Shown piece after piece: positions 7,912-11,171 of a stretch of 11,171 nucleotides of DNA. The notes under the pieces are model-generated. The model was not told the origin of the DNA. It did not search any database and saw only the letters and a program-made list of their open reading frames with translations. Position 1 is the first letter of the stretch; every line of letters starts with the position of its first letter. This DNA comes from Candidatus Methylomirabilota bacterium. Its GTDB lineage: Bacteria > Methylomirabilota > Methylomirabilia > Rokubacteriales > CSP1-6. The translations under genes were made by a program, and so were the position numbers. Where the stretch lies: contig JBKPAK010000117.1 of the NCBI GenBank assembly GCA_046726415.1, forward strand, positions 1-11,171, read 5' to 3'.

Positions 7912-9059
7912 TGTTCGAGACCCCAGTCAACTGGCATTGCCGGAATTTTCAGTACAGGGACCTGACCGTGTCCGTATCGACTGCCGATCCGACACACCTG
8001 AGCTGGCTGGAAGAGTTCTTGGGCCCTCAGTTCGCGATCGTCTACGGCGGGTCGCCGGATTGCCACGTCGCGGTCGTAATGGATACCTGTCAGTACATAG
8101 ACACGTTCCGGCGGGGACCGCGGCCGGATGGCCGCCAAATCAATTGCTTCGCCCTGGACACTGGACTGGTCCGCCTTCCGATGTGGCAATCCCTCGATGA
8201 TACCCAGGTAATCTTCGACCGAGAGTTCAAATTGTTCTACGTGGTCAACCCAGACAGGTCCCAGGTGCGGATTCTGGCGCCAAGCGGGAGCCTGTCCGTC
8301 CGAACCGCGCTGATGCGAGTCGTACGCGAGTTCGCAATGACTAGTTCGGTTCGAGCGGGCGCCCTGATCATTCATGGTGCAGCGTTTGGGGTTGGAGATC
8401 GAGGCGTGGTGATTGCGGGCCCGAAGAAGGCTGGAAAGACGACGTTGCTGATGCATGTGCTACAGCACGTGGCCGCCCGCTTCGTCTCAAATGATCGCGT
8501 CGTGGCCGCCTGGGAAGATGGCGGCCCAACGCTATATGGCATGCCGACGATCGTCACCGTCCGGCAGCAGGGCGCGCGGAGGTTGCGGTTCCTGCACGAG
8601 CGTCTTTTGGCAAGCTCGTACCATGAGCGTTATAGCCTCGCGGAGACGGGTCAGCGGATCGGTCGCGTGAAGCGCCCGGACCGATACGGGCGTTGGAGCA
8701 TGAGTCCGGCGCAGTTCTGTGAGCTGCTTCAGGTGCGGTCGCTCGCGCGGGTCCCGGCCTACGCCCTGGTGTTCCCACGGGTCACCGGCCAACCAGGGAC
8801 CATCGAGCTCAACCAACTCTCGGCTAATGAAGCGGCCGTTCAGTTGGCCGGCGTGCTCTTCCGCGCGCATTCGTCGTTGAAGACTGCCGAAATGCTCACG
8901 TCGGCCGATGGCACCCCTCACGAGCAAGCGTCTTTCGACAACCTGTGTCGTCAGGTGGCGTCAGGGGTGCGGAGCTTCACGTGTGCCTTGGGGCGCGAGG
9001 CGTATCAGAGCGGCGACTCGGCGGAGGCGCTGGTCAAGCAGTTGATCGAGTCCGGATGA
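7911..9059 (+). CDS. HPr kinase/phosphorylase-like P-loop kinase (HprK-related, not canonical HprK), about 382 aa
   Basis: ATG 7911 overlaps the upstream stop (TAATG). HprK/PEPCK-type signature: 'IHGAAF' (His at 8373), Walker A 'GPKKAGKTT' (8418-8444) and 'FVSNDRVV' (from 8481) at the position of the DD motif. Confidence 0.8.
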   Translation: MFETPVNWHCRNFQYRDLTVSVSTADPTHLSWLEEFLGPQFAIVYGGSPDCHVAVVMDTCQYIDTFRRGPRPDGRQINCFALDTGLVRLPMWQSLDDTQVIFDREFKLFYVVNPDRSQVRILAPSGSLSVRTALMRVVREFAMTSSVRAGALIIHGAAFGVGDRGVVIAGPKKAGKTTLLMHVLQHVAARFVSNDRVVAAWEDGGPTLYGMPTIVTVRQQGARRLRFLHERLLASSYHERYSLAETGQRIGRVKRPDRYGRWSMSPAQFCELLQVRSLARVPAYALVFPRVTGQPGTIELNQLSANEAAVQLAGVLFRAHSSLKTAEMLTSADGTPHEQASFDNLCRQVASGVRSFTCALGREAYQSGDSAEALVKQLIESG

Positions 9060-9172
9060 TCGATATTTCGGTCTCGCTGGCGACATACAAGCGCTGGTCG
9101 TTGCTGGAACAGATTCCGTGGCTTCGGCGCGCTTCGACTCCGCGACGTGCGATGGTGCGCGGTCCAGCGTGA
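9056..9172 (+). pseudogene. Truncated N-terminus of a family 2 glycosyltransferase (38 aa)
   Basis: ATG 9056 overlaps the kinase stop (ATGA coupling). It reads 'MIDISVSLATYKRWSLLEQ', matching the GT2 beta1/alpha1 pattern 'ISVxxxTYNRxxLLxx', then decays and stops at 9172. Confidence 0.6.
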
Positions 9173-9344
9173 GCGCTGAGACCGGCCGAAGGTGAACACA
9201 GGGCTCGGTCCATGGTGAACGCCGGTGGACCACCGCTGCCCCCGGCGTAGGATCGCGGCCATCGGGAGGCCTACGCGCCCAACGGCTACGCACTGATCTG
9301 AAGCGACTGAAGGAGACGACGGGCGCCGCTCACAAGCCGATGAT

Positions 9345-9360
9345 CGGTCTTACGGTCTTA
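9345..9360. repeat. Perfect 8-bp tandem duplication (CGGTCTTA)x2
   Basis: cggtctta-cggtctta at 9345-9352 and 9353-9360, in the spacer between the converging gene remnants. Confidence 0.6.
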
Positions 9361-9466
9361 CCGCACGTTCAACGCGTTGCGAGAGATCGCACGAGCGCGC
9401 GGCCGGCGCCTCGGCCGGATGGCGAGGCCGCCCGACTGGGCTTGTAGGGCAACCTAGCCGCGCCGG

Positions 9467-9709
9467 TTAACACGCAGAAGCAGGAAAGACACCGTCCTCG
9501 TAGCGCTGGATGTCCGCCACGACGAATTGCGGGCGCTGCCCGTGCCGCCGGGCGTTCTCTCGGAAACTGGCGAGTGCGCGGGCCACACTCCCGATGCGAT
9601 CGCGGGTGAGCAGGCCAACCACGGACAGGGGTGGCAACGGCTCCGCAGAACCGGCCTGGGCCTCCAGGCGCGTTCGGACTTCCCCCTCCGTTACGCCACC
9701 TGCCCACAC
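9467..9709 (-). pseudogene. Fragment of a GT-A/GT2-like protein
   Basis: The 80-aa ORF contains 'PPLSVVGLLTRDRIGSVARALASFRENARRHGQRPQFVVAD', a GT2-like beta1-alpha1-beta2 pattern (S-V-V-x-x-x-T-x-D-R...L-x-S...V-V-x-D). It ends shortly afterwards, far too short for a full domain. Confidence 0.45.
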
Positions 9710-9783
9710 GCGAGCGCCCCGATCCGGCGTAGTCTGGACATGTTACCGGCTCCACTCGGACACCTTCCCAGCCGGACCGGAGG

Positions 9784-11007
9784 TCACCCGGCCGGGCGAC
9801 TTCCACGCGTCGCGCGACTGATGGCGCGTGCGATCAAGTAGACCGAGTGAACGGGCAGATACAGAGGCTGGAGAAACGCGGGCACGGGGCCCACCTGCCG
9901 CGCCGACGTCCGGAGCCGCCGACCGAGCAAGCACACAAGCGCCGCGACGGTTCGTCTGGACCCGTCCGAGTGCATGAGCATCGGGATCGTTGTTTCCATC
10001 AGCCAGTACGGCGTTGCGAAGAGCCCCGGCTCGGGATGGAGCATCGTGCCTCGGAGAATGCGTCGGAGGAGCCGGTCGGTCAGCCAGTCCCGCCGGGCGT
10101 CGGCCAGCCCCTCCAGGACCGCGGCCGGGACGGCCGCGCCCACCATGTCCCGGGCGAGCCACAACGCCCAGTACACGTGGCGGCCGACCCACCACGCCCG
10201 CGCCCGCTCCACCACCGCGTCCCACTCGATCGCGTTGCCGTAGCAGCGGATCGCCTCCGCCACGTCCCGCAGGTCGCGTAGCTTGCCGCGGACGAACGCG
10301 TTGTCATGACCGAGATGGAGGCAGAGGTGAAGGAGGAGATCGGTTGGAGCGAGCACGCGGAACGTTGCGCCTCCGATCTGCTCGAAGCGGCACCGCTCCC
10401 ACAGGTCGTCGACGGGAACGCGCGCCTGGCCCTTCATGACGATCGAGCGGTGGAGCTCGACGATGAGCGACCCATCCGGCGCGTCCAGTGGGGCAAGGTG
10501 GTGATGGTGCGCCTCGTACCACGCCTCCGAGCGCCAGGCCTCGTTGGCCCTGTACCCGAGCTGCCACAGGATGCGATTCGCCCGGAAGAGATCGCCCGGG
10601 CGCACGAGGAGATCCACGTCGCCCATCGTCCGGAACGCGGGGTCCCGATACACGGCGCTGCCCAGCGCAGCCCCCTTGAGGACGATGATGGGGATCTCCG
10701 CTTCGTCGAGCGCCGCGCCGATCTCGGCGAGCTTGGCAACCCGTGCGGTGTGGCGGGCCGCGTGCCGGTCGTAGAGCTCGCGGAGCCTGGCCAGGATCGC
10801 ATCCGGAAGCCCAGCGGACACAGGGGGGGACATCGTCCGGAGGGTGGCATACAGAAGGGGGCCCAAACCGTGCCGGACGGCACGCTCAATCAGGCGCGGC
10901 CAGTCGAGGTCGGTGGCGAGAAGCGTTCCAACCGCAGCGGGGTCCGGGCCTCGGGCCGCGCAGGCCAGCAGGAGGCGCCCCTCGGCGGAGAGGTCTCCGA
11001 GCCTCAC
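9784..11007 (-). CDS. Nucleotidyltransferase family protein (NTP_transf_5-like), 407 aa
   Basis: Motifs: N-terminal 'LDWPRLIERAVRHGLGPLLY', 'IIVLKGAALGSAVY', catalytic 'RTMGDVDLLVRP' (G-D-x-D), 'IVELHRSI', 'PTDLLLHLCLHL', 'LRDLRDVA' and 'IEWDAVVERARAW'. Confidence 0.9.
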   Translation of the reverse strand: MRLGDLSAEGRLLLACAARGPDPAAVGTLLATDLDWPRLIERAVRHGLGPLLYATLRTMSPPVSAGLPDAILARLRELYDRHAARHTARVAKLAEIGAALDEAEIPIIVLKGAALGSAVYRDPAFRTMGDVDLLVRPGDLFRANRILWQLGYRANEAWRSEAWYEAHHHHLAPLDAPDGSLIVELHRSIVMKGQARVPVDDLWERCRFEQIGGATFRVLAPTDLLLHLCLHLGHDNAFVRGKLRDLRDVAEAIRCYGNAIEWDAVVERARAWWVGRHVYWALWLARDMVGAAVPAAVLEGLADARRDWLTDRLLRRILRGTMLHPEPGLFATPYWLMETTIPMLMHSDGSRRTVAALVCLLGRRLRTSARQVGPVPAFLQPLYLPVHSVYLIARAISRATRGSRPAG

Positions 11008-11171
11008 TCACCGCCCCGGGTCCGCCCGGCACCGGCGCGGACCGGACCCGCGCGCCGGTTCTCGAACCTGGCCATGGCTTCAGGCCGCAGCTCTTCGAGA
11101 GTGCTAGGCGCGACCCCACTCGGCCCGCGCGAGGCGAAGGAAGCGGAACACACCATCCACCGCATTCTACC
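11004..11171 (-). CDS. Probable 3' end of an upstream gene running off the window edge (function unknown)
   Basis: One minus frame is open from 11171 to TGA at 11006-11004 ('GRMRWMVCSASFASRGPSGVAPSTLEELRPEAMARFENRRAGPVRAGAGRTRGGE*'). Its stop overlaps the nucleotidyltransferase GTG start (GTGA coupling). Confidence 0.35.
   Translation of the reverse strand, partial: GRMRWMVCSASFASRGPSGVAPSTLEELRPEAMARFENRRAGPVRAGAGRTRGGE

Noticed and set aside
7911..9059. Calling the P-loop kinase hprK
   Set aside because: It has ND instead of DD, no recognisable canonical HprK N-domain or downstream signature, and no PTS context.
9286..9320. 'LRTDLKRLKET' resembling the tail of a Ser/Thr kinase domain
   Set aside because: Too short, with no adjoining kinase motifs; likely chance.
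804..10889. Numerous antisense and alternate-frame ORFs overlapping the main genes (e.g. 804-1481, 2297-2878, 4354-5040, 5669-6418, 7908-8456)
   Set aside because: These are shadow ORFs expected from high-GC codon bias; the overlapping genes carry clear family motifs.
1..11171. CRISPR array, tRNA/rRNA, transposase or integrase
   Set aside because: No regularly spaced repeats, RNA gene signatures or recombinase motifs were seen.

Overview
A GC-rich bacterial window that looks like a mosaic surface-glycan or small-molecule modification locus. The + strand carries an atypical GT-B glycosyltransferase (1008-2093), an orphan family-5 ABC substrate-binding protein (2315-3877) and two GT4 glycosyltransferases (4021-5205, 5219-6331). 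These are followed by a decayed ~550-bp spacer holding fragments of a type I restriction subunit (hsdR) and an HTH/nucleotidyltransferase-type gene. Next is a translationally coupled, lower-GC cassette: APH/choline-kinase-like phosphotransferase (6997-7911), HPr-kinase-like P-loop kinase (7911-9059) and a truncated GT2 start (9056-9172). Converging on the - strand are an NTP_transf_5-type nucleotidyltransferase (11007-9784), a second GT2-like fragment downstream of it, and the 3' end of a coupled upstream ORF at the window edge. The most notable feature is the kinase + HprK-like kinase + nucleotidyltransferase + glycosyltransferase combination. It recalls lasso-peptide tailoring enzymes, but no lasso core genes are visible here. 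All family calls come from motif recognition by eye; no database search was run.
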